Shown piece by piece: positions 1 to 11,699 of a stretch of DNA of 64,000 nucleotides; position 1 is the first letter of the stretch; the number at the start of each line of letters is the position of its first letter. A program made the position numbers and the translations under genes. Source of the DNA: Selaginella moellendorffii (Eukaryota > Plantae > Lycopodiophyta); NCBI RefSeq assembly GCF_000143415.4, contig NW_003314412.1, positions 83,553-147,552 of the forward strand. The letters run 5' to 3'. The notes under the pieces were generated by a model, which did not search any database, had not been told where the DNA came from, and saw only the letters and a program-made list of their open reading frames with translations.

Positions 1-550
1 ACGAGATGAGCGACTTTGCTCGTCGCTCGCGTCCCAATCTCATGACAAGTCACGAAGAAATGGTCCGCTCCCATGGTCCGGTTCCAGTATGGGAATTTCG
101 CAATCACGCTCTCCACGAAGCTCGCGACGTTGTCAGAAATTTCGTCGTGATCTAAGCCCTGGAAGGAAGAACACGGTCATTCAGTCACGCGAAGATCGAG
201 AAAAACGCTTGAAATTTTCTTCTTACCTCCTCTCTCAATCGCGCACAGGAGATTGGGACAAAGAAGAGCTGCGCCTTCTCCGGATCTGTGGTGACAAAGC
301 GGCTCTCCATGAGATTCCGGAAGAAATATCCCTCGCTCGCGTATTTCCCCGCGAGCTTGGTGTAGACAACCGGATCGGGATAGACGAAAACCTTGAGCTG
401 CTGCTCCATCTGCTCGTAATCCTCCTGGAAAACATCCGCGACATGGAAGATTTCAGTGCCGAGCTCCGCAACGCCTGCATTGCTCGCCACTGCGATTGCA
501 AATGCCAATGCGGCCAAGACGCGCGCCATGCCGGAAGATCTGTAGCTCAT
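1..550 (-). CDS. Exostosin-family (GT47) glycosyltransferase, 5' part; runs off the left window edge
   Basis: Exon 550-227 (N-terminal hydrophobic anchor; ...GKYASEGYFFRNLMESRFVTTDPEKAQLFFVPISC), 68-nt GT-AG intron 226-159, then an in-frame exon GLDHDEI...FPYWNRTMGADHFFVTCHEIG. These are typical GT47 motifs. The start could be the ATG at 550 or at 529. Confidence 0.88.
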
Positions 551-674
551 TCCAGATCGCTGGGACTAAAAAACCCTACCTACGTAGCTAGAGAGTCCAG
601 TGGCGATGTAATGTGCTACCAAAGAGCTTTAACTTTCCCATTCTTTCCAAGAACCCTAATTTACAAGATCACTT

Positions 675-1121
675 CTACTCTACTGGGATTGCTCTTGGCT
701 GTGGCTTGGGGGTCTTTGGAACTGTGATGCTAAGGACGCCATTGTCCACTTGGGCTTTGATCGCATCCACATTGGCGCTCTCGGGCAGCCGGAATTTCCT
801 CAGGAAGCTCCCATAGCTGCGCTCCACGCGGTGCCACTTATCGCTCTTCTGTGCCTCGTGCTTCTTCCTCTCGCCACTGATCTGGAGGGTGCGTCCATCC
901 TCCACGCTGATCTTCACCTCCTCCTTGCTCAGCCCCGGGAGATCGGCCTTGAAGACGTGCGCTTCGGGCGTCTCGAGCCAATCCACGCGAGTGTTGGCGA
1001 CGGCGCTCGCGTCCCTGGCCATCTGCTTGGACTGATCATTGCCACAAGCCAAGATCGATGAGAGCTCCGCGAAGGGATCGAAGATGCTGCTGCCATTGCC
1101 ACCATAGAAGTGCAAAGCCAT
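675..1121 (-). CDS. Cytosolic class I small heat-shock protein (HSP17/18 type), copy 1
   Basis: Intronless, 148 aa. SIFDPF N-terminus, alpha-crystallin domain ([48 protein letters not shown]), C-terminal I-x-V motif. Confidence 0.95.
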   Translation of the reverse strand: MALHFYGGNGSSIFDPFAELSSILACGNDQSKQMARDASAVANTRVDWLETPEAHVFKADLPGLSKEEVKISVEDGRTLQISGERKKHEAQKSDKWHRVERSYGSFLRKFRLPESANVDAIKAQVDNGVLSITVPKTPKPQPRAIPVE

Positions 1122-1196
1122 TGTTGGAACTTAGAAGAAGAAGAGATTGGTAACTCTGAGAAACGTTGATCGATGCCTGGGACTCGAGACTGCTCC

Positions 1197-1261
1197 TTTT
1201 TTATACATGGACAAAACATTCGAGAATATTCTAGAACCAACATATTCCAGAAGATTCTAGA
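1197..1261 (-). promoter_or_regulatory. TATA box plus heat-shock elements of sHSP copy 1
   Basis: TATAAAAAA on the minus strand at 1197-1205. Alternating nGAAn/nTTCn arrays TTCgaGAAtaTTCtaGAA (1219-1236) and TTCcaGAAgaTTC (1245-1257). Confidence 0.85.
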
Positions 1262-1289
1262 TTTGAAATTTCCAACGGCTGGGATTAAG

Positions 1290-2260
1290 TTTCCGATCTC
1301 GAATCTTTCTCCATATGGACCAGGTTTTATCGCGACAACGCTGGAGTCGTTTTCCACTGCATTACCTTCGAAAGTTCCCGAATTATGCAAAAGAGCTCTT
1401 TCATTTATGGGCAGCAACATCAACGGCTTGCTCCTAGTCAAAACCTTAGAAGGCGATCTAATCGTCACCAATCCCCTCACTCACCACTGGACTCTACCTC
1501 CACCACTGGAGGAATCAGTCGCTTCCCAGACTCGAGCTTCCAGGTTATGGTTCCGTTGAGCTCCATGTCTCATTGTGATGCGGCAGCCTGGGAGAGTTGG
1601 GCAGTAGACATTGGAGCTGATCAGGTGTTGGCATCATTTTCCTGGCTTAGATTTGCAGCGATGAAAGTCATATTTTCCAAGATCAATTTTTGTAAGGTAG
1701 TCTGTAAACTTTGGTAATGACTTTCGTGCGATGGAATAACCTGCCACCAGAAACTCTCTACCTCAAGCTTGGCTACGCATATCCCCAGCCAGTTGTCTGT
1801 GGTGGACGAATCCTCCTCCCGTGCATGCAAACGCTGAGCAGTGGAGATGGAGGAGTGACGAAAACCCTGGGTTGGGACAGTGGCAACCCTTTGTGGCAAT
1901 GCCTGGTTTCTTGGGAGATCGTTCCAAGGGAGTGGTTTATTACTGCTGGACTCCAAGCAGAGGTCCTTCTTAGATGACCATCTTGGACACCATACCCTTC
2001 ATGTTCTCGTTGCTCAGGTTTTGTGTGCTTTTTCCATTTCTTCTTGTCATGATTCTTTTTTTTTTTTTTTGAGTTTGTTTGTTTATATCTGCAGGTGTCT
2101 CTATTGAGGTTGATGAAGTGAGCAATGTTGTTCGCTATCAAACGACGACCCATTTCCTCCAAAGAAGTTCGGTCTCCTGGATCTGCACCTCGAGATGAGC
2201 CAGCACCTTAGCAACTTCCTCGTTCATTTTGCTGCTCGTTCTCATGATTACATTTGTGTT
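1290..2260 (+). pseudogene. Decayed F-box-associated/kelch-like gene remnant, copy A
   Basis: GLLLVKTLEGDLIVTNPLTHHWTLPPP resembles the segment after the F-box in plant F-box proteins. The frame is broken by frameshifts and stops. It shares an intron-like GTTTTGTG...TGCAG|GTGTCT with the copy at 8720-9430. Confidence 0.5.
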
Positions 2261-2419
2261 TTACATATATGAAGAACACCTGAACTGAAACCTAACCTAT
2301 ATGTTAGTGGCGTGTGATGTTTTGCTCGAAATCAGTTTTGCTCCGCAGCCTTTTACGATGTTGATACAGAATTGGCCGCGCTATACTTTCTATCACTCAC
2401 AATTTCCTTTCACTCTCCT

Positions 2420-2730
2420 TCAAGCACAGCTGCACAATAACCTGATCTTGAAAAACATACAAACTTGTTAGAAGTTCCTCTTCTCGGAATTTGGAAACCC
2501 AGTAGGGGTCTTTGCACGTACGTCCAGAAAATCAACATCTGTGGAGGTCCAAAGATGCCATGCTGATTAATGATTAAACTCAGCAGTGTGTGATTTCTCC
2601 TTGTCCGGAAAAGAGAGATTTGATTGACATGGACTTTTCCCAACATTGGGAGAACTTTGTTTGATTTGCCCAAGTCAAGTGATGAAATTTGCTTCAAATC
2701 CAATGGTCAATTATCTAATCTTAACAAAAG
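2420..2730 (+). repeat. Dispersed repeat (decayed gene fragment) with an inverted homolog at ~46990-47340
   Basis: Shared blocks such as CTCTTCTCGGAATTTGGAAACCCAG, GGAAAAGAGAGATTTGATTG and GATTTGCCCAAGTCAAGTGATGAAATT occur as reverse complements near 47.0-47.3 kb. Confidence 0.8.
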
Positions 2731-3130
2731 CTGAAATGGTGGTATATTTTAGAATATGCTTAGATATATAGCTTTCCACACTCATTTGTATTTATATAGC
2801 TTATCTTGTGTTTATAACTTATAAACATGTTTGTAATTATAAACTTTAGATCTAAATATAATGTAAAGTATGAAATACTATTAAGAAAACTAAGTATTGT
2901 TTCATGCAATCATAAACAGTTATTTAAACATCTTATTAAATACATATTTTTAAAATAAATAATGTTAAAACATTTCAGACTAAACAATACTCTTCTATCA
3001 ATATTAATTGATTTATTAAGAGCCTTATTTTATAATATTATTATATTTATAACTTATTTTAGTATAAATAAACACTATTGCTCCAATCAGAATTAATTAA
3101 AAATTTAATGGATTATTTTGAATATAATAT

Positions 3131-3305
3131 TGTGAGTGCTTGGAATATGGAAAGGGAATACAGAAATGTGCATATCAATTAGCCCAAAAGCCCTAGCTTA
3201 TATACAGGAGCGAGTGGTCCAGATTGAAACTAATCCGACGACTACCAAAATCCCACTACGCTAATATTAGTATACGGCATCGTAACCGTACACTTGGCCC
3301 TCACA
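3131..3305 (-). repeat. 3' LTR of the Gypsy element
   Basis: Direct repeat of 7871-8045, adjacent to the PPT. Confidence 0.95.
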
Positions 3306-3337
3306 TCATCCCCCCCTCTCAGGATAATGGACGACCA

Positions 3338-6300
3338 TCAGGGTTCTCTTGTAGACGGGCCGGGATCTGGAGGAACATTAGGAGGAGGCATCGGCGGATT
3401 TGTAGATGGTATTAACTGCTCCTGATCCTTTTGTATGAAGCGTTTCAACCGTTGCACATGCACAATCTCTGGAGGATTGGCCTGCTGGACGTCATGCCGA
3501 ACCTCATAAACTTGTGGTCCAACTTGCCGCAACACCCGATACGGTCCTTTCCACTGTGCAAGGAGCCCCTTAGATAAACCACGTACCGTAAGATGGGGAA
3601 AACGGACTAACACCAAATCATCCACTTTGTACTCTGCAGGTGGACGATGACGAGAGTTGTAGCGCTGTTGTTGTCCCACTTGTACGCGGCCTAAGTGTTC
3701 GGCAGACTCTGCTCGGACAAGTGGAAGAATGCTTGTCAAATATTGATCCCATGACCTAGCATCTGCAGCTCGTGGCAATCGCGAAGGTAAATTCAGCTTC
3801 GTTGGTAATATTGGATCATGACCATATAGGAGTTTATATGGTGAAGCACCAACAGAACTCTGCACCCCAGTGACATATGCATACCGAAGAGACGGCAAAT
3901 AACCATCCCAATCCGAATGCTGAAAGTTCACGTACTTCGCAATCATCCTTTTGAACGTCCGAACGAGCCGTTCCACCAGACCGTCTAATTGTGGATGATA
4001 AGCACTCGTGAAAGTGTGGCGAATCCCCAACCGAGACGTCAAAACATGAAACGCCTCAGCTATAAAAGCGGGACCATTATCCGAAAGAATCCGCTTTGGA
4101 CAAGAATGCTGGAATACCACTTGATTGAGGAGGAAGTATCCAACAGCAGTTGCAGAGGCACTAGCAAGAGCACCAACTTCCACCCAACGAGTCAAATAGT
4201 CAGAAGCAATAATAACATACTCATTGCCAGCAGTTGACCGTGGAAAAGTTCCCATAATATCAAACGCCACCAATTCAAACGGACGGGAAACTGCAATTGA
4301 CTCCAACCATCCTTCCGCAGTCTGAGGGGGAGTATTATGAGCTTGGCACCAAACGCAGCTACGCACATACCAGATAATATCACATCTCATCTCCGGCCAA
4401 TAGAAAGACCTGCGTAGCTTCTCGATTACACGACGATGTCCCATATGCCCACCTAGAACAGGAGAATCATGGTAGGCATGGAGAAACCGCGGAATAAAGA
4501 TAGAAGGCACCACCAGCCGTAATTGATCATCAGGATCTATCCCCACAAAATAAAGAAGGCCACCTTCAAGACGATATTGAGAATGTAAATGCCGGAAAGG
4601 CAAGTCATCAGCAAGTGATGCAGGATTCTCAAACCCATCTCAAAGCCTTCGAATCCATGGCTTAATCTTTTGAGCCTCACGAACCTCATCAAGCGAAGGT
4701 AGATCTTGCTCTGCACCTTGTGGACACTGACCGTCAAGTATAGCAACCGCCGACGGCACAGAATCCTCGTCTAGAAAATCCACAGATGCGAAACATGATA
4801 AGAGAATGAAGAAGGAAGAGAAGCTCGAGAAAGGGCATTAGCATCAGCCATAGAACTCCCTGGGCGGTGAACAACATCAAAATTATATATCTGAAGCTTC
4901 AAAGCCCACCGAGTAGTACGACCAACTAGGTTCTTTCGCTTTAATAACAAAGTAACAGCAGCATGGTCACCTTCAAATAACGTCCGAGAACCATATAGAT
5001 ATGCATAAAGTTTCTCGAAACCCCAAACTGCTGCTAAACACTCCTTCTCTATCGTGGAGTAGTTCATCTCCGCTGGTTGTAATGTACGGCTTATATATGC
5101 AATGGGATGGTGTTGACTAGGCACATTCGAGCTCTCTTGCATTAACACACCTCTAAAACCAATGTTAGAAGCATCCACGCGCAAAATAAAAGGTCAAGTG
5201 TAGTCAGGATATGCCAAAATCGGAGGAGTTGTCAATAACTTTTTGAGATCCCCAAACGCCCGCTCACAATCCGAAGACCAGATGAAAGATGATGTTGATG
5301 ACTTCAACAACACTCGCAATGGTGCAGTGCGATCAGAAAGATGATCCACAAAACGCCCGAGATACTGCACCTTGCCCAAGAAGCGCTGCACATCATTCAC
5401 ACACTTCGGAGTAGGGAACTTTAGAACAGCCACAAGTTTTTCAGGATCAACTTGCAAACCCTCACGAGAAATACGGTACCCAAGATAAGTTGTGTTCTTA
5501 GATCCAAATACGCACTTCGACTGCTTCAGCTTTAAACCAACGTCGCGTAGCCGATCCAACACTTTACAAACATCACGAACGTGCTCCTCCCATGTCCCCT
5601 CCGAGTGGATCAAGACATCATCAATGAAGTCAGTAGTCAACTCCGGCATATCACAAAGAACCTAGTCCATCATCCGTTGAAAAGTTGCTGGAGCATTGTT
5701 CAAACCAAATGGCATCACCAAGAACTCATACAAACCAAATGATGTATGAAAAGCAGTCTTAGGAATATCTTCTTCGGCCATTGGTACTTGCCAGTACCTA
5801 GAAGCAAGATCTAGCTTGGTGAACCAACGACTTTGCCCCAGACGATCCAAGAGATCAGCAGTGTGAGGAAGAGGGTACACATCCGGGATCATTACGTCGT
5901 TTAACGGACGGTAGTCGATGCAGAAATGAATACTCCCATCAGGCTTCGTCACAAGATGAGGTTCACATGCCCAAGGACTTCGCGACTTCCAAATAACACC
6001 CTTCTCCAACATCTCTTGGACATTTGCACGTAAAATCTTGATCTCCTTTGGTGACCGATGACGAACAGGAACTTTGATTGGATGAGCATCCCCAGTTAGA
6101 ATCGGATGACGTGTAGCAATCTTGGCTCCAGACGATAGGTCAAAGTCAAAGAGATCAGAATACTCCTTCATGAGACAGTCAACTGTTGCAACACAAAGAT
6201 CGTCGGAGGGATCGAAAAAGGGAAGAGCAGAACAAGATGGAAACACAGGAGGAAATAATGGGGGAACAAAAGTAATGGAATCAGAGGTAGAAGTAAAGGG

Positions 6301-6783
6301 ACGAAGAGGTACGGATGTGAGAGGAATGGAGGAAACATAAGGAAGTATGAGACAAGGGGGAGAAGCCTTAAAGTCACACTTGGCATGATTGCGCTGCAAC
6401 CAATCCATACCAAGAATGAGGTCAAAAGCTTGACTCGGCACCACCCGCAACGACTGCAACTCAAGCTCGAGATCGCCCACACACACAACCAGGTCTGCCT
6501 CATCCCGTGCACATGCATGTGTACGGCCGTTGCCATAAAGAATGAAAACTGGTTCCTCCGCACGACGCAAGTGTAGACGACAACGTATGGCAATAGGTCA
6601 AGCAATAGAAGATAAACTCGAACCTGTATCAACCAACACGAAGAGAATAATAGGAGACCTCTTGTTATAAAGATGAGCTTGGAAAGTAAACACTGGATGA
6701 ACTGGTGCCGAGTGAACCCCTTGATGATACTCCCGAAAGAAAGATGGAGGGGTCACTGACTTATTCGCGCAAGGTTCCTCCAT
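3338..6783 (-). pseudogene. Gypsy pol (protease, RT, RNase H, integrase) with nonsense codons and one frameshift
   Basis: PR LVDTGS; RT CIDYRPLN, MPFGLNNAPATFQR, FIDDVLI; RNase H DAS...EKECLAAVW...DALSR; INT HHCC (H...GHMG...CVWCQ), D-D-E core, GPY module. Stops at 6598, 5662, 5194 and ~4640; frameshift near 4810. Confidence 0.92.
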
Positions 6784-7715
6784 TACTCACGCGACTCCTC
6801 GTTTCCGGGATTTATCTCGGTGTCCAAACCTTTCACTGCAGCAGCACCAATGGGACGTTGTTGACGCCAAGGTCTCCACCCAGGAAATGGAGGTCGCCAA
6901 TCCAAAAAGCACCGACAACACCGATAAGTATGACCAACTTCATCACACGCCCAGCAACGAACATCACGGCCACGACCACGTCCTCGTCCTTGTCCTTGGA
7001 CTCGAGTAGCAGCAGCATCAACCTCCATGGGAACAGGACCATCACTCATAGAAAGTGGAGTGGAAGGACGTGCAGCGAGAAGTGGAAGAGGCGACGTCTC
7101 ATAACGTTGTGCCAAATGAAGAGCATCGTCAAGGGTGGCAGGAGCAAGTGCATGCACAAGGCCAACAAGATCTTGACGAAGTGCTGGCCACAACATTCCT
7201 AGCTTGATCCGCTCCGACATATTGAGCTCCGCACGAAGCAAAAGACTTCGGAAACGAATGCCAAATTGCATCACGGACTCAGATGGCCCTTGGCGAAGAC
7301 GATGCAATTGTTGGAAGGCATCGTCACAATTGTCGGCATGTCCGAAGGCGCGTTTGAAGACGTCCGGAAGAACACTCCAATCCTCACGAGTGGCCGCACT
7401 CAATCCATTGTACCACTGCAACGCCATCCCTTGGAGACACGTGGGAAACTCATGTAAACGTCAAGCATCATCCCAAGAATGATATGTGGCAATCACCGTG
7501 AAGTGATCGAACCAATGGTACACATCATCCCTGGGATTCCCACGAAAGAACTCTGGCCGAACGCGAGGATTGGCACCAAGAGCAGGAGGAGTTGGACCAC
7601 GTGCTGTGAATGCCGCCATCAATTAAGTTTGGTTGTTCAATTGCAAGCGTATAGCATCAAGCAATTGGACCAACTGCTGCTCGAGAGTCAAAGGAGGAGA
7701 TTGCTGATTTGCCAT
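6783..7715 (-). pseudogene. Gypsy gag with two premature stops
   Basis: ATG at 7715 is in frame with ORF 7427-6783. LRQGPSESV capsid motif, RG-rich stretch and CWACDEVGHTYRCC zinc knuckle. Stops at 7625-7623 (TAA) and 7463-7461 (TGA). Confidence 0.88.
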
Positions 7716-7870
7716 GGAAACGAATGAAAAAGAAAGAGCAAAAGAAGAGAAATGACAAAAAGCTAGAAGGAAATGGTAAATCTAGACAATGCAAAAAGTT
7801 AGATCTAAACCAAAATCCCAAATCCAAGCACTCCCCAGGGACAATCAAAGGTGCCCCTCACTTCCACCAA

Positions 7871-8045
7871 TGTGAGTGCTTGGAATATGGAAAGGGAATA
7901 TAGAAATGTGCATATCAATTAGCCCAAAAGCCCTAGTTTATATACATGAGCGAGTGGTCCGGATTGAAACTAATCCGACGGCTACCAAAATCCCACTACG
8001 CTAATATTAGTATACGGCATCGTAACCGTACACTTGGCCCTCACA
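7871..8045 (-). repeat. 5' LTR of the Gypsy element
   Basis: Direct repeat of 3131-3305, followed on the minus strand by the PBS TGGTGGA. Confidence 0.95.
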
Positions 8046-8719
8046 ATATTAATTTTTTTATTTTTAACAGAAATAAAAATTAAATTTGAAACTATATAAT
8101 AAATGATTCACTATTGCCTCTCTTATGACATTTTTCATTTACCCTTACTGTTATACCTATTATAAAAAAGTAATTTATTTTTATATTTATGAATAATTAT
8201 ATAAAAAATTAAATATAATACAGTTTCTTGCTTTTAGAAGAATCAAATAATTTTATTTTACTTATAATAAATTAAAATATTATAGCATTTTAAGGAGAGT
8301 TGTTACTAATTCAAAATTGATACAATATAACATAAATTTTAAACTTCAAAAAACACTAGTAATAATTAAAACACTTGGAAGCAACATTTAAAGATTGAAT
8401 CAACTTAACATGAAATCACGGAAAAAGTTTCTTGAGATTTCATTTCCATAATGTTTTTTATGCCACACCAAGATACACATTTTGAAGTACTAGAAGAAAT
8501 ATTATACACTATGCAAAGATTTTATGCTTTATGAAATTCATTTGAATTTCCAAATACAAAATTTTCCAAACTCATGGATATTTGATTTTGGGATTTATAT
8601 GAATGAGCAATTGGAAGCAAGGTAGGTTCATTATGTCTTCAGTACATGAAATGAAAATATGAAGAGAAAGAACTTGTTTATGCAATCTCAAAACATTCAA
8701 GAATATTCTAGAACCAGCC

Positions 8720-9430
8720 TGCGGTTCCTGAATACCATCTCTCCGGGCTCTCTTAGCTCGTCTCCAAAGCCTGGCGCCAGGTTAAATACTACATCTATTC
8801 GCGTGCCCCGGGAGCACTTTTCGGCTGGATTTCCTCACGAATTCGAAAGAAGTGTGGGCAGCAACGTTGAAAGCTTGCTCCTAGTGGAAACCTCACAAAC
8901 CCGAGATGATCGTCCCCAATCCAGTCACTCGCTGCTACCACTGAACTGGGCTAAGGATTCAATCGCTTCAGTCGCCAGTTTCCAAGTGTTCCCAGACTCC
9001 AGCTTCCGGGTGGCTGTACCCCAGGGGAATCATCACCGACGAAGTGACGACCTTCGACAACTTAAATATGGATTTTGCAGCGATGAAAGCCACATTTTCT
9101 TCATCACAGACTACTCGCTCAAGTCTGTAAACTTCCTTGATCGTCACTCGCTGGTGAGGATTCCTGGCATATGGAAGAGCCTTCCCCCGGAATTCATAAT
9201 CAGTCTCAAGCTCAGCTTCTCTTCATACTGCCTATTCGATGTGCATCTCCTGCTGGTTGGACAAATCCTCTGCCGGATTCCGAGTGGAGGGCCATCAACA
9301 TATCCTCCAAGTTCTCGTGCGAAGTGCCAGGTTTTGTGATTCTTTCCATTCTTCTTTGTTTTTTCGTGCAGGTGTCTCGGCCGAGAGGGATTGAAACTAT
9401 TCCAATCACAGAAGATCGTACATGAAACAT
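8720..9430 (+). pseudogene. Decayed F-box-associated-like gene remnant, copy B
   Basis: Colinear nucleotide similarity to 1290-2260 (GGGCAGCAAC...GCTTGCTCCTAGT, TTCCCAGACTC.AGCTTCC, TTTGCAGCGATGAAAG, shared intron ends); frameshifted. Confidence 0.5.
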
Positions 9431-9725
9431 ATTGAAACTCTACATATTAGTTTTTACAAATGTGATACATCTTTTGGATAAGAGGCTCGGTCACAAAGAG
9501 TCCCCACCGATCTTACTGCCCACTCGCGAGATTTCGTAAAAAACAGAGAAAGGATGCATTGAGTTTGATGACGACGTGTATCTGTTTTCCCTGTATCCAT
9601 GCGTGCAGCGGTACCAGTGCTCGCCACTGGCAAATGCGTACCATGGCGAAAGATCTGTTTAGAGAGACCAGTGATCTATTCTAGATTTCCATTATTTCCA
9701 AGAGCCCTAATTTACAAGATCACTT

Positions 9726-10172
9726 CTACTCTACTTGGATAGTTCTTGGCTGAGGCTTGGGGATCTTTGGAACTGTGACCGTGAGGACGCCATTCTCCAC
9801 TTGGGCTTTGATCGCATCCACATTGGCGCTCTCGGGCAGCCGGAATTTCCTCAGGAAGCTCCCATAGCTGCGCTCCACGCGGTGCCACTTATCGCTCTTC
9901 TGTGCCTCGTGCTTCTTCCTCTCGCCACTGATCTGGAGAGTACGGCCATCTTCCACGCTGATCTTCACCTCCTCCTTGCTCAGCCCCGGGAGATCGGCCT
10001 TGAAGACGTGCGCTTCGGGCGTCTCGAGCCAATCCACGCGAGTGTTGGCGACGGCGCTCGCATCCCTGGCCATCTGCTTCGAGGGCTCGTGGCCACCAGC
10101 CAAGATCGACGAGAGCTCGTCGAAGGGATCGAAGATGCTGCTGCCATTGCCACCAGAGAAGTGCAAAGCCAT
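9726..10172 (-). CDS. Cytosolic class I small heat-shock protein, copy 2
   Basis: 148 aa, near-identical to copies 1 and 3. Confidence 0.95.
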   Translation of the reverse strand: MALHFSGGNGSSIFDPFDELSSILAGGHEPSKQMARDASAVANTRVDWLETPEAHVFKADLPGLSKEEVKISVEDGRTLQISGERKKHEAQKSDKWHRVERSYGSFLRKFRLPESANVDAIKAQVENGVLTVTVPKIPKPQPRTIQVE

Positions 10173-10246
10173 ATCTGGAACTTAGAAGACGAAGAAGAGA
10201 TTTGTGACGTGCTATTGATCGATGCTGGGCCAAGAGATTGCTCCAC

Positions 10247-10327
10247 TTTTATATAGAGCCATGGACATCTCTAGAGTGTTCCAATACATCCTAGAATATT
10301 CTAGAAAAGTGATATTCCAGAAGATTC
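10247..10327 (-). promoter_or_regulatory. TATA box plus HSEs of sHSP copy 2
   Basis: TATATAAAA near 10247-10254; GAAtaTTCtaGAA at 10294-10306; TTCcaGAAgaTTC at 10315-10327. Confidence 0.85.
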
Positions 10328-10392
10328 TATATCAATTTAAAATGACTGATTTTCAACTGATCAAACTTACTGTGAATACGAGTCGCTGTTTA

Positions 10393-11379
10393 CTACATTA
10401 TCCTGATCTCTCCATTTTCTCTCGTCTTCCACCCAATGTTTCTCATCTTGATCATGGAATGCCCGAAGTCCCAGGCAAACTTATCGGGATTGTTCCCGTA
10501 AAACTTCACCAGTCCACTCGTGAATTGACTCTCAAAGAGGTCCTGGTCAGAGGTGAGAAGACCATTCCTCTTCTCAAAGCTCTTGAAGTACCAGTTATCG
10601 AAATTAAACTGGGAGCCCCTGTCAAACTCGACTGTGTTCGCGGTGAAATCTCCTCCAAGAGGGCATTTTTTCCGGAGATATGGCCAATACTCGGGATTCA
10701 CTGTTTCATCTGGCTTGCTGGTGTTTTTGAAGTTGTATATGCGATCAAATCGGCCGTTGGCGAAAGTAGAACACTTGGAGGTCCCGACTGTGTGAGCTCC
10801 TGCCAAAAACTTCTGTAAGAATTTGTTAAGATAGTTTTATTCATCCAACCTGATAGAACAACGAGATCTTGAATGGATTAGCCTTGGTTCCTAGAGCTGC
10901 AGCATCGCACGATGGACCTCAGTGTTGTGCTTGCCAGATCGAAGCTTGATATTCTTCCATCGTAGCGCCCAGTGACTAATTCATAGTGCCGGCCTCCCAT
11001 CTAAAATATCATATGATCATTCGAGGGGAAAAATTCAGTGCCTTCAGTCACTTCACACAAAAACGATCAAAGCGATGCTAACCTTGACTGTCGAATCCCT
11101 GGCGCCGATGGCAATTGTATCGGCACACGACACCACAGGCTTTCTCCAATCTTTGCATCGTCAATAACTTCGAATCCCCGCGCTGAATTGTTGTTTGGAA
11201 GGGAGAACTTCTCGACGTTGGTACCATCCGTTGGGGGACCGTTGGATCGCGATTGGCGTAATCGCAGATCGTGTCGCGGATCGGATGATCCGCTCCGCAT
11301 CGGGACAAGTTTGCGCTTAGCTGTGTCCAAATCCAATCGAGTGTGACAAGACTCGATCGCTCGAACGTGTGGAAGCCAT
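10393..11379 (-). pseudogene. Class III secretory peroxidase pseudogene
   Basis: Proximal-His motif GAHTVG, SARGFEVID, VSCADTIA, GLLTSDQDL, and MIKMRNI...GEIR are present, with short introns. There are frameshifts, and the RLxFHDC...GCDAS segment is missing. Confidence 0.85.
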
Positions 11380-11699
11380 GGATCTTGAAGTAGCTCTATA
11401 GAAGAAATAGCTTGAAGAGCTATGACTCTTTGCTTGTTTTGGGAAATGCGTTCTTCGGCTGACCATTATATATGAATTTCGGTTTGAACAAACGCGTCTT
11501 GATTTGTGTCCCGTACTCCTTGAGTACAAATATTGCCAAGTTTTGAGTGTTTTCCTCAGGTTTTCAGAAACGCTCCAGAGATGGTTCCAGACAATCTCTC
11601 TAACCTATATACGAAAGCTCCCAAGAAACTTCGGCCAGTACTAAACCATTTTCTTTCCAAACATCCCGCAATTACTGTTTTCTTTAACAAAGTAGATCC

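Larger units (their letters stand above)
3131..8045 (-). mobile_element. Full-length Ty3/Gypsy LTR retrotransposon (4915 bp), no chromodomain, inactivated
   Basis: Two 175-bp TG...CA LTRs (3131-3305 and 7871-8045, 5 mismatches), 4-bp TSD ATAT, PBS TGGTGGAAG next to the 5' LTR, PPT GAGAGGGGGGGATGA at 3306-3320. Domain order is gag-PR-RT-RH-INT. Confidence 0.95.

Noticed and set aside
9735-10256. Recurring antisense ORFs over the sHSP genes (750-1061, 9735-10256, 12533-13054)
   Set aside because: Shadow ORFs caused by GC-rich codon usage; they recur only because the sense genes are duplicated.
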